63,926 bases of DNA, filler included, from Octopus bimaculoides (GCF_001194135.2; 9 parts of 8 records of this genome joined end to end with filler, not necessarily neighbours in it), one strand, 5' to 3'. Counted from the whole stretch's first letter, positions 38,778 to 52,949 are shown. Notes: a model not told the origin generated them from the letters alone. Made by a program: numbers and translations.

Positions 38778-38789
38778 TATATGTGTGTG

Positions 38790-39130
38790 CTTGGAGGTAG
38801 GTTTGGTTGAGTGGAATGGGGTTGGTTTGAAAGTGGTTTATATAATGTATGCACTCTGGAGGTTGATGCAAAATAAGTTGCAAAGCTGAAGGCTTTCTCA
38901 GTAGGAGTACTGGTTTACAGAACCATCATGACATTCATGGTTGAGAAATGGAGTAAATGGAGGATTCTGGAAAGTTGGTGGAGATACTTTTGGCAAGGCA
39001 AAAAAATCGGCTGCAGTTTGAGGAGTGCTTGATGGTTGAGCGATGAACGGATGCATCCTTCTCGTATCAGATGATGGTGATATTGTAAGAGATATGAATG
39101 GACATGCCTAAAAGGATGGTTTCATTCATC
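38790..39130 (-). pseudogene. Highly decayed possible PLE reverse-transcriptase fragment
   Basis: Minus-strand VHTLYKPLSNQPHSTQP weakly resembles the PLE thumb motif YxKPT...SxHP; the rest is ambiguous. Confidence 0.25.
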
Positions 39131-39678
39131 TGCTGGAGCGCAGCATTAAAAAAAAAAAAAAGGTCCTATAGCAGCGAGTTGTACTTCTTTTATATTTTCC
39201 TTGTTTCAGTCATAGGATTGCAGTCACGGAATTGAAGGGTTAGTTGAAGAAATTGACCCCTGCCAGGTATTTATCATATCGGTCTCTTTTGCTGAACCGC
39301 TATATTATGGGGCCGTGTTCTAACCCAACATCCGCTTTTAAGTGGGGATAGATATTACCTTCCGAATATACAGTATCTACTCGTGTATAATGCGAGAAAT
39401 TTAACACAAAACTTTAGGATCAAAATTGGTGGGAGTAGCACTATACTCGAGGATAATAATGAATAAGATAAAATATATTTAAATTTTATTCTTTTCTTGT
39501 TTTAGTCATTGGATTGCGGCCATGCTGGGGCACCGTAGAAATCAACCCTATTTTTACTTATTCTGGTCGATATCTTTTGCCGAATCGCTTGATTATAGGG
39601 ATATAAACAAACCAAAACTGATTGTCAAGCAAAGGGTACAAACACAAAGCTATACATACATACCAACACACACACATA

Positions 39679-39716
<38 letters not shown>

Positions 39717-39728
39717 AATCTACTCATG

Positions 39729-39995
39729 AAGGCGTATGGCTCAGTGGTTAGGGTATCGGGCTCACAATTATGAGGTAGTGAGTTCGATTCCTGGACCGGG
39801 CTGTGTCGTGTGTTCTTGAGCATGACACTTTATTTCATGTTGCTCCAATTCACTCAACTGTAGAAATGAGCTGCAACGTCACTGGTGCCAAGCTGTATCG
39901 GTTGTTGGGGAGGCTGGTATGCATGGGCGACTGCTGGTCTTTCATAAACAACCTTGCCCGGACTTCTACCTTGGAGGGGAACTTTCATGACCGAA
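39729..39995 (+). mobile_element. tRNA-derived SINE, family C variant
   Basis: ggcgtatggctcagtggttagggtatcggg...gagttcgattcctggaccggg. Confidence 0.8.
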
Positions 39996-40269
39996 GGGGG
40001 TCATTATCCTTCTACTCATTTTCCGTTTACCAAACTTACTTGCAAGGCATTGGTCAGCATGGGACTAGAATACTTGTGTCGATTTGTCAACTAAACCTTT
40101 GAAGGCGATTCCCCGGCATGGCTGCAGTCCAATGATTAAAAAAAGTAAAAGATAAAAATGTACATACACATGCCTGCATATCTGTCTGTCTGCTGGCTTA
40201 CCAGACCGACCGTCTGTCCGTCTGTTTTATACTTTGATTCTGTCTCTCACCTTTGTTTACTATTACCCT

Positions 40270-40803
40270 TGTAGTGAAGTCATTTTTGAGAGTTTTCAGG
40301 AGGCATGCGCGGGTCGGAATCTTCTGGAAGGCCTACAGAAGTTGCCTCAAGAGCATGCGCTGAAAACTGGCAGGAAAAATTTCATCGCGTTCCTCGCTAG
40401 CGTCTCGGACTTGAGACGCAGCCGCTGAACTGTGCAGACGTGTTTTTACTAGAGTTCGCCTACGCTCTTGTCCCGGACGCATGGGATTTGACCAGCTCTG
40501 TTTGCTGCTGGAGTTTCTGTGAGATTGTTTCTCACAGGTGTTTGATCAACTCTAGTTTTGCTGTTTTGGTTGCCAATTCATAAATTCGAGATGTTTCAAG
40601 ATATATATTTCAATTGTTGTTGACTGTACTAACGAACATTTGTTATATATTCGTGATAGAAGTCTATTTTGAATGTACCAGGATTTGTGCCAAACGGAAG
40701 AATGTTGTGTGTGTAACGTTCCGTTGAAGATTGACTAAATTGTACATAAACGATAAAGAGTATTATTATTAACAATGTTAAATCTCTGAACGGGGTATTA
40801 ACA
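40270..40803 (+). mobile_element. Possible solo LTR or unclassified CpG-rich repeat
   Basis: Starts tgtagtg, has a CpG-rich body and an AT-rich end finishing ...ttaaca. No TSD could be confirmed. Confidence 0.25.
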
Positions 40804-40844
40804 GTAACTGCACGACAAGGTGAAATATATTTGCCACTTAAATG

Positions 40845-41075
40845 TGGCTGACCCCTAAGGGTGGATGTTACTGTTGCTGTTAGCCCCAGGAGAACATCTC
40901 CTCCAGCTGGTTATTGACACACATCTGTGTCCTGTCTGTATTTGCAAAGGGAAGTCATCCTTCCCATCCTGATCTGCGATACGTACGGACTCGAGTTTCT
41001 GGTTATTTTCCCGTCCTCAGCGTACGACAATCGCCGACCTTCGATGCGAAAGATATCCCTTTGCAAATATATATA
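40845..41075. repeat. Dispersed repeat with a 14 bp internal inverted repeat (tatttgcaaaggga / tccctttgcaaata)
   Basis: Its 5' part matches the reverse complement of about 52120-52170. Confidence 0.55.
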
Positions 41076-42057
41076 ACTTTTTCCAGTGAAATTATTCGGA
41101 CGCTTTTCTTATTTCAAAACAAATTGATGTAGGGAAATTGTGTGGCACCCACTCAGTGCAAGAAATACACAAGCAAGAACATTTCCTACACCCTAACCCT
41201 GCACTATTCTCCCGTTGCCGCAATCCGTATGTGAAACAGAAGGAAGTAATAACTCTGAGGCTAAGATCGTAAACGTTGAATTATTGACCCGACCAAGAGT
41301 ATTCCATTTCATCTCCGACTTACTTATCAGCAACAAAGCAGGTGAACAAACTGAAATTCAAACTATCTGAACCAAAACAGAATATACCCACCACGGCTGG
41401 ATTATACTTACACCAGTTTAAGTAATCGCTCTACTACTCATACATCTTCAATATCTTCTAAGAATCCAACAATCTTTCCTATTTACTCCTTAAGTCTTTC
41501 GATGATGGGGATGACTTTTTGGATCTATATCTTTCAGCTGTCAACACTGCAACTGTGATATAAATACGTAAATGGGTTTGGTTAAATGACGTTTTAGCGT
41601 TTCTTTTTCATTGCTTTCATCACCCCACCTCTCTCTCTCTCTCTTTCTCTCATCTTCATTTTCATTTTACAAAATCTACAATATGTATACCATTTTGATA
41701 TAATGTTTCGAATATATATATAAAAAATCTGAGGTTTGCTTACTTCATATATTGCTTATCTTAACAACAACAACAACAACAATAATCCCGCCCTATTTTC
41801 CAACGAACCCACAAAAGAACCTCTATGTAACCGCTTGATCTGCTAGAAATAGCAGTCAAATCTCTCTCAAAATCCCAACCAGCCATATTAAAAAAGAGAC
41901 TCATTAAATAACGTAAAGATGCGGAGGTGAAGACTAGAATGCCTTTGAATACAAGTTTACTTGCTCTGAGTTTAATTTGCGCTTTAACAACAACAACAAC
42001 AACAACAGCATCTTTTCTTCTATTAAATACATTCATATTTTAATTATTAAGCCTTAA

Positions 42058-42269
42058 GACGGCGAGCTGGCAGAATCGTCAGCACGCCGGGCGAAACGCT
42101 TAGCGTTATTTCATCTGTCTTTATGTTCTGAATTCAAATTCTGCTGAGGTCGACTTTGCCTTTCATCCTTTCGGGGTCGATAAATTAAGTATCAGTTGCG
42201 TACTTGGATCGATCTGATCGACTGGCCCCCTCCCCCCAAATTTCGGGCCTTTTGCCTAGAGTAGAAAAA
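42058..42269 (+). mobile_element. Young full-length SINE, family B, with 16 bp TSD
   Basis: ggcgagctggcagaatcgtcagcacgccgggcg...gcctttcatcctttcggggtcgataaattaagt. TSD aattattaagccttaa at 42042-42057 and 42270-42285. Confidence 0.9.
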
Positions 42270-43367
42270 AATTATTAAGCCTTAATCCTTCAAATTCAAC
42301 GGCAGAGCTGGGAGCAGCAGAAATGATTTGGACAATAAAGTATCTCATTCCATGTACAAATGCAATTCACATTAGAGACTTCTGTTCTTACATACACACA
42401 CAAACATTTTTTTACAGCAACCAAAGAAAAGTCATTTGACCGATTGTGTCTCTTCTGTCTCTACTGCAACGGTTGCTGCTCTTCCAAATTAACAAGCTGC
42501 GTATAAAACTCGAAATCACTTGTAAATTAATTCTCTTCATTTTGCTCTCTCGAACGTGTTTCATCCTCTAAACACTTCTCTAAACACCACTTTAAACACT
42601 TTTAACCCAAGCCATTCACCCTATAAAGTAAAGTGTTCCCTGTGGAAACTCCTTCGTTACCATGGTTTCCCCACAAGAATCAGTTTCCAGAAGTTTGTAC
42701 AGAACATAAACTGCATCGATTTGAACAGGCTAGAAGGCTTTTCAATAATCACAGGGTGTCAACTTCCCAATATAAAATATAAAGAACAACTACATTTCGT
42801 CTCGACCATCTGCGTTCATAATTTACATTCTACAGATGTCTTTAGTTAAGCCTTGTTCCTTAAGAAACCCGTGCTATCGTATTTCTCTTTTAGCGAATTT
42901 AGGGTATGTCTTTCACATGGCATGCCCACATTAATTTCGTTTCGTAACCAATAACTATACTTAATTAGCACTCGTTGTTGTATTCACACACTCAGTATTA
43001 TAACTGTTTCTTTAATTGTTGTAGATCGAGCCCAATTGTTGTAGATCGAACCAATCCCATAATAGTGTTGTTGAATTGGCAGAATCGCTAAAGCGTCGGA
43101 TAGAATACTTTGTAGTGCTGGTTCCGTATCTCTGCGCTTTGAGTGCAAATCCTACCCAGGTTAGCTTTGCCTTTCATCCATTTGGTGATGATAAAAAGAA
43201 AAGAAAAAACTGAAAGAAGAAAAGTAGGAGGAAGAGAAGAGGAAAAGGGGAGTAAAGAGGAAGAGTGAAGTGCAGTGGGCTAGATTGTAATGCTTGAATT
43301 CAGGATTATTTGGAATTTGCATAAATTTTGGCCTTTTGAATTTTAAAACAACCATATTATACATACC

Positions 43368-43436
<69 letters not shown>

Positions 43437-43938
43437 NNNNNNNNNNNNNNNNNNNNNNNNNNNNNNNNNNNNNNNNNNNNNNNNNNNNNNNNNNNNNNNN
43501 NNNNNNNNNNNNNNNNNNNNNNNNNNNNNNNNNNNNNNNNNNNNNNNNNNNNNNNNNNNNNNNNNNNNNNNNNNNNNNNNNNNNNNNNNNNNNNNNNNNN
43601 NNNNNNNNNNNNNNNNNNNNNNNNNNNNNNNNNNNNNNNNNNNNNNNNNNNNNNNNNNNNNNNNNNNNNNNNNNNNNNNNNNNNNNNNNNNNNNNNNNNN
43701 NNNNNNNNNNNNNNNNNNNNNNNNNNNNNNNNNNNNNNNNNNNNNNNNNNNNNNNNNNNNNNNNNNNNNNNNNNNNNNNNNNNNNNNNNNNNNNNNNNNN
43801 NNNNNNNNNNNNNNNNNNNNNNNNNNNNNNNNNNNNNNNNNNNNNNNNNNNNNNNNNNNNNNNNNNNNNNNNNNNNNNNNNNNNNNNNNNNNNNNNNNNN
43901 NNNNNNNNNNNNNNNNNNNNNNNNNNNNNNNNNNNNNN

Positions 43939-43972
<34 letters not shown>

Positions 43973-44299
43973 CATATATATGTATGTATATATATATATA
44001 TGTATATATATGTATATATATGTATCTTATTTATTATTTAATTGAATGCGACGCATCCATTTCCAAGGAAGTTTATCTTCACCTTTTTGATGCGACTCTC
44101 TACATTATACTGTTTTCTGCCTCCATCCTTCTCTAATTCTCTTTTTTTCTCCTTTTTCTCCTTCACCGCTTTCTAGCTGTGTGTCTGTCTGTCTCTGTTT
44201 TTCTCTCTCTCCTCTTTCTCTTTCTCTCTTTCTCATTGCTCACATTGTCCATCTTTCTTTTCCTCACGTGACCATCTTTCTTTTCCTCACGTGACCATC

Positions 44300-44720
44300 T
44301 TTCTTTTCATGCACGGACGTTCAAAAGAACGGGCATGTTTGTTTTTCTCTCTCATCTGTCTTTTCTCTTTTCAAAAAATGTTTCTTACAGTGTTCACTAT
44401 TTTCCTCTCGTTCTGGTCTAACGACCCTCCATGTTTTTTTCGTTCGGTTACCTTGTCTCTCTCCACTGTTATGTTTTTGTTCCCAACTTTGACCCTCCAT
44501 AAATCGTAAATTTTATTTTAGAATTTATGAGAGCAACTGTCTTTGAAGACTCATATTGTCGTTGAATGCTCGAAATGAGGAGTAGATAGACAGCCAACAA
44601 CCGATGAAGAGTCCTTTCTCTGTGCTTACTTGTCCTGTTTTCCATTTTTTCTCGTTGTTTACATATTTAACTCATTTGTTTAACGTATTTCATGTTATTT
44701 GCACTGTTGGTGCTGTCCTG
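44300..44720 (+). mobile_element. Second copy of the 17245-17530 repeat
   Basis: Colinear homology; preceded by a short tandem duplication containing ctttcttttcctcacgtgacc. Confidence 0.6.
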
Positions 44721-45048
44721 TACCTATATATGCATGTATATATTATATTATTTACTATATATATATATATATATATGTATATNNNNNNNNNNNNNNNNNN
44801 NNNNNNNNNNNNNNNNNNNNNNNNNNNNNNNNNNNNNNNNNNNNNNNNNNNNNNNNNNNNNNNNNNNNNNNNNNNNNNNNNNNNNNNNNNNNNNNNNNNN
44901 NNNNNNNNNNNNNNNNNNNNNNNNNNNNNNNNNNNNNNNNNNNNNNNNNNNNNNNNNNGTAATTTTGACGTAATTTTAAAATCTCACAATATGTGACAGC
45001 AACAGGGAAGATCACAAAAGTAGTGACAGAGGGACAGTTTTAGGATGT

Positions 45049-45089
<41 letters not shown>

Positions 45090-47324
45090 TTACAAATGTA
45101 CACACAGATTTCACGAGTTTAAAATGGTGTATAGTAGACATATATATGCATGTACGTATGTATATATATATATGTATGTATGTATATATATATATGTATG
45201 TATGTGTGTGTGTCTGCGTGTGAGTGTTTCTTTGCGATGGACAGCAGAAAAGCCACTTACCCCCTTCTCCTTAAAATTACGTATTCCTCACACCCACCTT
45301 TCTTCCTCTTCATCAGCGTTTAAAAAGTTACTTATGTGTGTTTGTGTGTGTATTTATGAAAGTACGTGTATATGACAGTTGTATTAACGTTACACTCCGT
45401 TGCCACTCCATATTTGTCGCTTACACAACCCTCTCTCCCCTTCCCTGATATCAGTCACACTCACTCTGCTGCTATATTACCCTCTCACTAATTCTCTTTG
45501 CCCTTCTCATTTTATCATATAATTCGCCCAATCCCACTAGAGGCACATTATAGGTTTTAATTGAAATTCAGTTAACCTGTTATTGAACTGGATGTTAGTT
45601 TAACATGTATGCAAAGTTTTGTGAAAATTGGTTTGCTGGTTTAGGCAGCAAGATGGTAACAAACAGACAGAAACACAGAAATTGCCATTTATGTATAAGA
45701 TGTGTGTATGTACACACACACACATACACACACATGAATTGATTCATTTTTTGGAACAGTGGTTCTCAAAGCACATAAAGTTATAAATAATCGCATATAA
45801 ATAATGACGTCTTGCATCAGTTTCAGTAGTTCTCTCAACTGAATTTTCTGCTCCTTTAATTAGCGCATAAGTGACCTAGCATTCCACAGACACGTGTGCT
45901 CTTAACGTAATTCTCAGAGATTCGGCTTGACATAGAATGCGACATGATGGATACAGAACTGTATCCACTCCATGCCATTGCAAATCACGAAACCCTATAT
46001 GCAACCAACTACAGGCAAATAATGAAACTCATTATAGTGGAACGACGCAAAACTGAATTTATTGAACGAGATACCTTTTGAAAAGTCACCTGACGAGTCA
46101 CATCTACACCGAAGGATGCACCACAACCAGTCATCCCGAATCTCACATGCGAGAGACCGATGCAAGATGGGTCGAAACAATCATTGTTATTAATAAAGAA
46201 TCTTGTGAATTCTATTTTTTCTTTCTCTCATTTGTTATATACTCGACGGACACGGAATAATTCCTGAGGTAGATCTAGTGGCAATTATATCCATATTGTT
46301 GATGACATCAGGAAGCCGCAGACAATAAAGGTGCTTTAATTGCCATACTACGAGATGTATACCCAAGTCTCTCCCCCTNNNNNNNNNNNNNNNNNNNNNN
46401 NNNNNNNNNNNNNNNNNNNNNNNNNNNNNNNNNNNNNNNNNNNNNNNNNNNNNNNNNNNNNNNNNNNNNNNNNNNNNNNNNNNNNNNNNNNNNNNNNNNN
46501 NNNNNNNNNNNNNNNNNNNNNNNNNNNNNNNNNNNNNNNNNNNNNNNNNNNNNNNNNNNNNNNNNNNNNNNNNNNNNNNNNNNNNNNNNNNNNNNNNNNN
46601 NNNNNNNNNNNNNNNNNNNNNNNNNNNNNNNNNNNNNNNNNNNNNNNNNNNNNNNNNNNNNNNNNNNNNNNNNNNNNNNNNNNNNNNNNNNNNNNNNNNN
46701 NNNNNNNNNNNNNNNNNNNNNNNNNNNNNNNNNNNNNNNNNNNNNNNNNNNNNNNNNNNNNNNNNNNNNNNNNNNNNNNNNNNNNNNNNNNNNNNNNNNN
46801 NNNNNNNNNNNNNNNNNNNNNNNNNNNNNNNNNNNNNNNNNNNNNNNNNNNNNNNNNNNNNNNNNNNNNNNNNNNNNNNNNNNNNNNNNNNNNNNNNNNN
46901 NNNNNNNNNNNNNNNNNNNNNNNNNNNNNNNNNNNNNNNNNNNNNNNNNNNNNNNNNNNNNNNNNNNNNNNNNNNNNNNNNNNNNNNNNNNNNNNNNNNN
47001 NNNNNNNNNNNNNNNNNNNNNNNNNNNNNNNNNNNNNNNNNNNNNNNNNNNNNNNNNNNNNNNNNNNNNNNNNNNNNNNNNNNNNNNNNNNNNNNNNNNN
47101 NNNNNNNNNNNNNNNNNNNNNNNNNNNNNNNNNNNNNNNNNNNNNNNNNNNNNNNNNNNNNNNNNNNNNNNNNNNNNNNNNNNNNNNNNNNNNNNNNNNN
47201 NNNNNNNNNNNNNNNNNNNNNNNNNNNNCATGTGGTTGGTAAGCAAGCTACTTACCACACAGCCACTCCTGCGCCTATGTATGTACATATATGTATGGAT
47301 ATATGCATATATTTATATATTATT

Positions 47325-47368
<44 letters not shown>

Positions 47369-47715
47369 GGAGAATTCACAAAAAAAAACTAAAGACGAAG
47401 ACAGGTGGTGTAGACAACAAACATGTAATAGTTTAACGCTTAGGAAGTGAAGAAGTCTTTAACGTTTCGAGCCTACGCTCTGCCACAGAAAGGAACAAAG
47501 AAAGAAACAAGGAGAGAAAATAAAGAATGTGTAGTGGCTACATCAGCACACCAATTGACATATACTCATTAATCCAAAATATTACATATTATATATNNNN
47601 NNNNNNNNNNNNNNNNNNNNNNNNNNNNNNNNNNNNNNNNNNNNNNNNNNNNNNNNNNNNNNNNNNNNNNNNNNNNNNNNNNNNNNNNNNNNAAATATAT
47701 ATATATGAATGCATA

Positions 47716-47945
47716 TATGGTGGTTGTCTACTCTTCATGCAGAGTTTGACCACCTCCTGTACCTACACCTTAGAACCATCATGGCATCTGATGCGACTTT
47801 ATAAACCAGACAATGTTTTGAAAAGACATCCACATAGATTGCATATCCAATTTGGACCACCAAAAGTTGAAGTTAAGTTCTTATCCTTGAGGGTCTTAAA
47901 ATGTCTTTTGAGGCCTCCGTTAGATTTGCAGACCATCTGGCATAC
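47716..47945 (-). mobile_element. Probable RTE-type LINE ORF C-terminus with degenerate C2H2 zinc knuckles
   Basis: QMVCKSNGGLKRHF...WICNLCGCLFKTLSGL*SRIRCH. Confidence 0.55.
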
Positions 47946-48418
47946 ATACATACAAACATACATACATACAGACATACACACACACAGACACACACATACA
48001 TACATATATATATAATATGTAATATTTTGGATTAATGAGTATATGTCAATTAGTGTACTGATGTGTTGGGTGAAGCACTGGCACAGTTTGGGCTACCTGA
48101 TGTCATCCAGAGTTGGGGTATATTTCCTTTGGATCTACTTCAGGAATTCCGCAGTGTTAGTTGAGATAATAATCGATTAAATAGACAGAAGACGGAATTG
48201 GTATAACTTTTTATTTTGTACGTCGTTTTGACCCATCCTGCAACTGTTCTTTATAGGTGGGATGCTGTGCAACATACTATGTTGCATCAATCTTGCAGTC
48301 TGTGTCACAACAAGTACATTCATACATGAAGTGGTGTCTCGCTAAATATCTTGATTTTGGACAGTCATGTTGTTATTTGCCCGTTTCATTTAGGGCATAT
48401 ATATATGCATGCTCATAT

Positions 48419-48467
<49 letters not shown>

Positions 48468-48488
48468 NNNNNNNNNNACAGACACACA

Positions 48489-49332
48489 TGAGGTGCTATC
48501 AGAAGGTTCCAGGATTAGTTATGTTTAATGAAAAATAAAGTTATTTACCTAGGTTTTACATCATCTCCTTCGAAACAGTCACTGGTCCCGGCGTTCCTGT
48601 CACTCTGGAATCCAGCCAGGAAGTTGTTTTCCTGCGATTCGCTCTGGATCTCGACGACAGTATTAAAACGGCGACTTTTGAGCTGCATTTTCATCCCGGT
48701 GAAGAGATGGAAGTCCATAGATTCTAAATCTGGCGAATAGAGCGGTACAGAAGTGATACCATGTTGTTTTGGGAGAGAAACTCACGAGTGAGGAGAGCTC
48801 GGTGATAGGGTCGAATGTCTTCGTGAAGAATCTAATTCTTCACGTTCCACAGATCCGGTCATTTTCTCCAAATGTCCTCCCTCAAATGCTTCAAAATGTC
48901 GCCGTAGAACTCTCGATTGATGGTCTGACTCTGGGGACGAATTTTCGATGCACAATAACGCGGATGCCGAAAAAAATGATGAGTATGCTGTTGATTGAAC
49001 TAGCTTTGTCGTGCCATTCGAAACATTGCCTATGATCCATTGTCTCGTCGCCGTAAGCATGCCGAAGCATGCTTAATGTCTCTGTAGCAGATTTTGCAAG
49101 TTTAACGCAAAATTTCACATTGGCTCTTTGTTCCAACTTCCTGTCCATAACAAAATCGCAGACTACAACATACACGTGATGACACAAACACACTTGCGAA
49201 GTAAACACAGCAATGTCACTTGGCACACTGCCTCATGAAGGTCACTGTTAGCCCTCGCTGCGCATGCACCTGTGTGCAGTCATCTGTTGGCATGCTACAG
49301 AACTAGTATGGGAACTTTTTGATACCACCTCA
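48489..49332 (-). mobile_element. Internally deleted mariner with both TIRs
   Basis: TIRs tgaggtgctatcagaaggttcc and ggaactttttgataccacctca. MDRKLEQRANVKFCVKLAKSATETLSMLRHAYGDE (HTH), LIIFFGIRVIVHRKFVP and YSPDLESMDFHLFTGMKMQLKSRRF. Confidence 0.9.
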
Positions 49333-50724
49333 TATATATATATGTTTATATAAAAATATATATGAGTATATATACAGGAGGCCACTAGGTGGACTGGTAA
49401 TGTGCTAGAAGAAGATCACATGTCATGTGCCTCCTAAGACTGAATAATTCTCAAAGGGAATTTAGCGAAGCAACAAAAACGTAAAGCGGGCAAGACCAGT
49501 GAAAATTACACAAAAAAAAAAAAAAAAAANNNNNNNNNNNNNNNNNNNNNNNNNNNNNNNNNNNNNNNNNNNNNNNNNNNNNNNNNNNNNNNNNNNNNNN
49601 NNNNNNNNNNNNNNNNNNNNNNNNNNNNNNNNNNNNNNNNNNNNNNNNNNNNNNNNNNNNNNNNNNNNNNNNNNNNNNNNNNNNNNNNNNNNNNNNNNNN
49701 NNNNNNNNNNNNNNNNNNNNNNNNNNNNNNNNNNNNNNNNNNNNNNNNNNNNNNNNNNNNNNNNNNNNNNNNNNNNNNNNNNNNNNNNNNNNNNNNNNNN
49801 NNNNNNNNNNNNNNNNNNNNNNNNNNNNNNNNNNNNNNNNNNNNNNNNNNNNNNNNNNNNNNNNNNNNNNNNNNNNNNNNNNNNNNNNNNNNNNNNNNNN
49901 NNNNNNNNNNNNNNNNNNNNNNNNNNNNNNNNNNNNNNNNNNNNNNNNNNNNNNNNNNNNNNNNNNNNNNNNNNNNNNNNNNNNNNNNNNNNNNNNNNNN
50001 NNNNNNNNNNNNNNNNNNNNNNNNNNNNNNNNNNNNNNNNNNNNNNNNNNNNNNNNNNNNNNNNNNNNNNNNNNNNNNNNNNNNNNNNNNNNNNNNNNNN
50101 NNNNNNNNNNNNNNNNNNNNNNNNNNNNNNNNNNNNNNNNNNNNNNNNNNNNNNNNNNNNNNNNNNNNNNNNNNNNNNNNNNNNNNNNNNNNNNNNNNNN
50201 NNNNNNNNNNNNNNNNNNNNNNNNNNNNNNNNNNNNNNNNNNNNNNNNNNNNNNNNNNNNNNNNNNNNNNNNNNNNNNNNNNNNNNNNNNNNNNNNNNNN
50301 NNNNNNNNNNNNNNNNNNNNNNNNNNNNNNNNNNNNNNNNNNNNNNNNNNNNNNNNNNNNNNNNNNNNNNNNNNNNNNNNNNNNNNNNNNNNNNNNNNNN
50401 NNNNNNNNNNNNNNNNNNNNNNNNNNNNNNNNNNNNNNNNNNNNNNNNNNNNNNNNNNNNNNNNNNNNNNNNNNNNNAAGTAATATTTCATATTCAGGTA
50501 CACACCTTGTTGTAAGCTGTTTAAAGCTTGTTCATAGTAATAAGTTACCTGATGTCAACAACAGTCTGGATGTATATTCCACTGGATTTACATCAGAAAT
50601 CCTCTATCTCTATGGAGTTTCTAAAAACACAAGAAAAAGAAAATACAAGTACTATTTCATGATGGGTCGAAATAGTCGTCGTGGATAAAAAGACTTGTAA
50701 TTTCCATTTTCTTTCTCTCATGTT

Positions 50725-50771
<47 letters not shown>

Positions 50772-52949
50772 ATATATTCCAACCCATTTACCCCTGCCCA
50801 CAAACACGCACACTCATTCACGCAACTATGAGATTCTGGGTTCGACCCTCCAAAGCTGATGGGTATTATATTTTTTTGCCGGTGCTCTGATGCAATAAGC
50901 ACAAATCTGGAATGCAGTAATAATCACTTTAAGAGGTATTAACACTCATAGCACAAATTGAAAAAGACTAGTGTTTCATAATCAGTCTGAAAGGAAGAAT
51001 ACTTCAGATGTTAAAGTATTAGAAAACAAATTAAGGTCAAGTATGTTTGTGGCTATTTTGAATAATTTATTACTAAAAACAATTTCAGATTTAAATAAAA
51101 AAGAGAAAACATAAAAGCATAAAAAAGCCATAAATCAGAATAAAGCTTTAATATACAATTCTCGTTATTATAAATGTTTACCGAAAGTCCTTTGTGGAAT
51201 TTTCAGGCGTTTATTATATAAAAATTTTATAGCTAATTTTTTATGTGTTTTACATTTATCATTATGCAATAGGTAGACGATGAAACATAGCTGAAGCATA
51301 TAATTAATCCTTATTGCGTAGAATATTTACAGTCAACCCTTTTCAGGCATAAATTTGTGTCTGACTGGTCTATTTTCAATCCTTGTGGAATCTAGTTTTG
51401 AGTTATCTATTAATACTCACTGAGCATTCAGTCTTTTGCTTTGTGTTAAATCTATAAAATAATCCTGCTCTATAGAACTGCTACAATTTCCCTTCACTAG
51501 AGAGCGTATACTATTCCTTTTTAGTTAACATAGGGGCAACTGAAACTGTGCAAACTATTTTCGTCTAACAATGTAACGTTTAGTAAAAACTCTAATGAAT
51601 TACAAAGAGTCCACAAACAAAATGTAAATCAAAGAAATTTCTAACCATATTCTTCGAGACAGTTTCAACGGTCTTTTTCTCGCCAATGAATATTTTTGTA
51701 AGAGTAGCAAAGTTAATTTTTTACCCTGATGATATTTTTTTCTGAATTTATCAGAGGAGCTTTCAATGGCTTTGGGTGTATCCTCTTCTTTTCGACAAAC
51801 TCACCTCTAAAATGAAAAGAATACTACTCATACTACTCAAAATAGCACTATCGTCTGTTTAGGTGGCGATAAACATTACTTCACAGTATAAATACTGCTT
51901 TCATCTCTAATAGTGATTTTCTTAACGAGCTAGTTCGCTAGTTGCAAAACCAGTGACTGTGTGACACTGTTTTTCTATATATTGCGAAATGGGTGTAGAC
52001 GAGTTTATATCACTGTATATATCAAATAAGATCGAAATCACATGATATGGTGCTCTCCGAGCTAGAATAATCGGGAGTTCTCTCTCCGTTTATAATATAT
52101 ATCGAGTGTGAAACACACTGAATAACCAGCTGGAGGAGGCGTCTTCCTGGGGTTAAAATAGCAGCATCGTCTGTTCTTATAGAACACCCACGTTTGGGTG
52201 GCGATAAACATTACTACTCATAAATGGGCAAGAAATATATCTGTGCAAAGAAATGCATATGCCTTTTTATTCTTGTCTTGTCGTTTTGATTCTATCTAAT
52301 GGTACATCTAGCCATCTATCTAGCTATTTGTTTTTACACTCCAATTTATACCAATACATATATACACAAATATATAATCAAAAGAACAGTAACTAGAAAC
52401 ATACCAATTGATCTTAGTTCAGTCGACATGCTATCGTCCTAGGAACCAAAATCCTGTGTTGTTATTGTTCAGCCCCAGGTCAACTATAGTCGAGCAGCTA
52501 TGGGTATCTTGTTTTATTAGGGCTATGCAGGACTATATTATCTAATGTGTTTATTTTATTTTTATTTTTTGTTTGTTTTAAGACAGCAGGGTGTGATTTG
52601 AGTGAGAATCAACTGCTATTTCTTGTAAGTTGAGTGACTGTGTAGAGACTCTTTCGTTGGATCAGAAACTTCAGTATTTCCAGGGGTGGGGTGGGGTTTA
52701 ATTTTCCTCAACCATTCAATAATTTAAATCTATGATAAACTCCACTACACCTACTGAAAACAGCCATAAATGAAGAGGAGAAGGAATTTACCTTTATCTT
52801 TATATACAAAAATTGCTGTAACCTTTTTTTTTTATACATTGTGCAATAATTACTAATTTTTCATGCAATAACTTACAATCCTCTGTGCAGTATCTTACTA
52901 TTATTTGTCTAACAAATTGCTATATATTCAGCTGTAATTTGTTATAGAT

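Noticed and set aside
40914-41132. ORF containing SHPDLRYV, superficially like the N-terminal part of OFA-like transporters
   Set aside because: Lies in a dispersed repeat (second copy near 52120-52170), lacks splice signals and has no transmembrane segment.
46088-46195. CTGACGAG ... GAAACaatcattGTT hammerhead-like pair
   Set aside because: Stem III is palindromic, but stems I and II do not pair convincingly.
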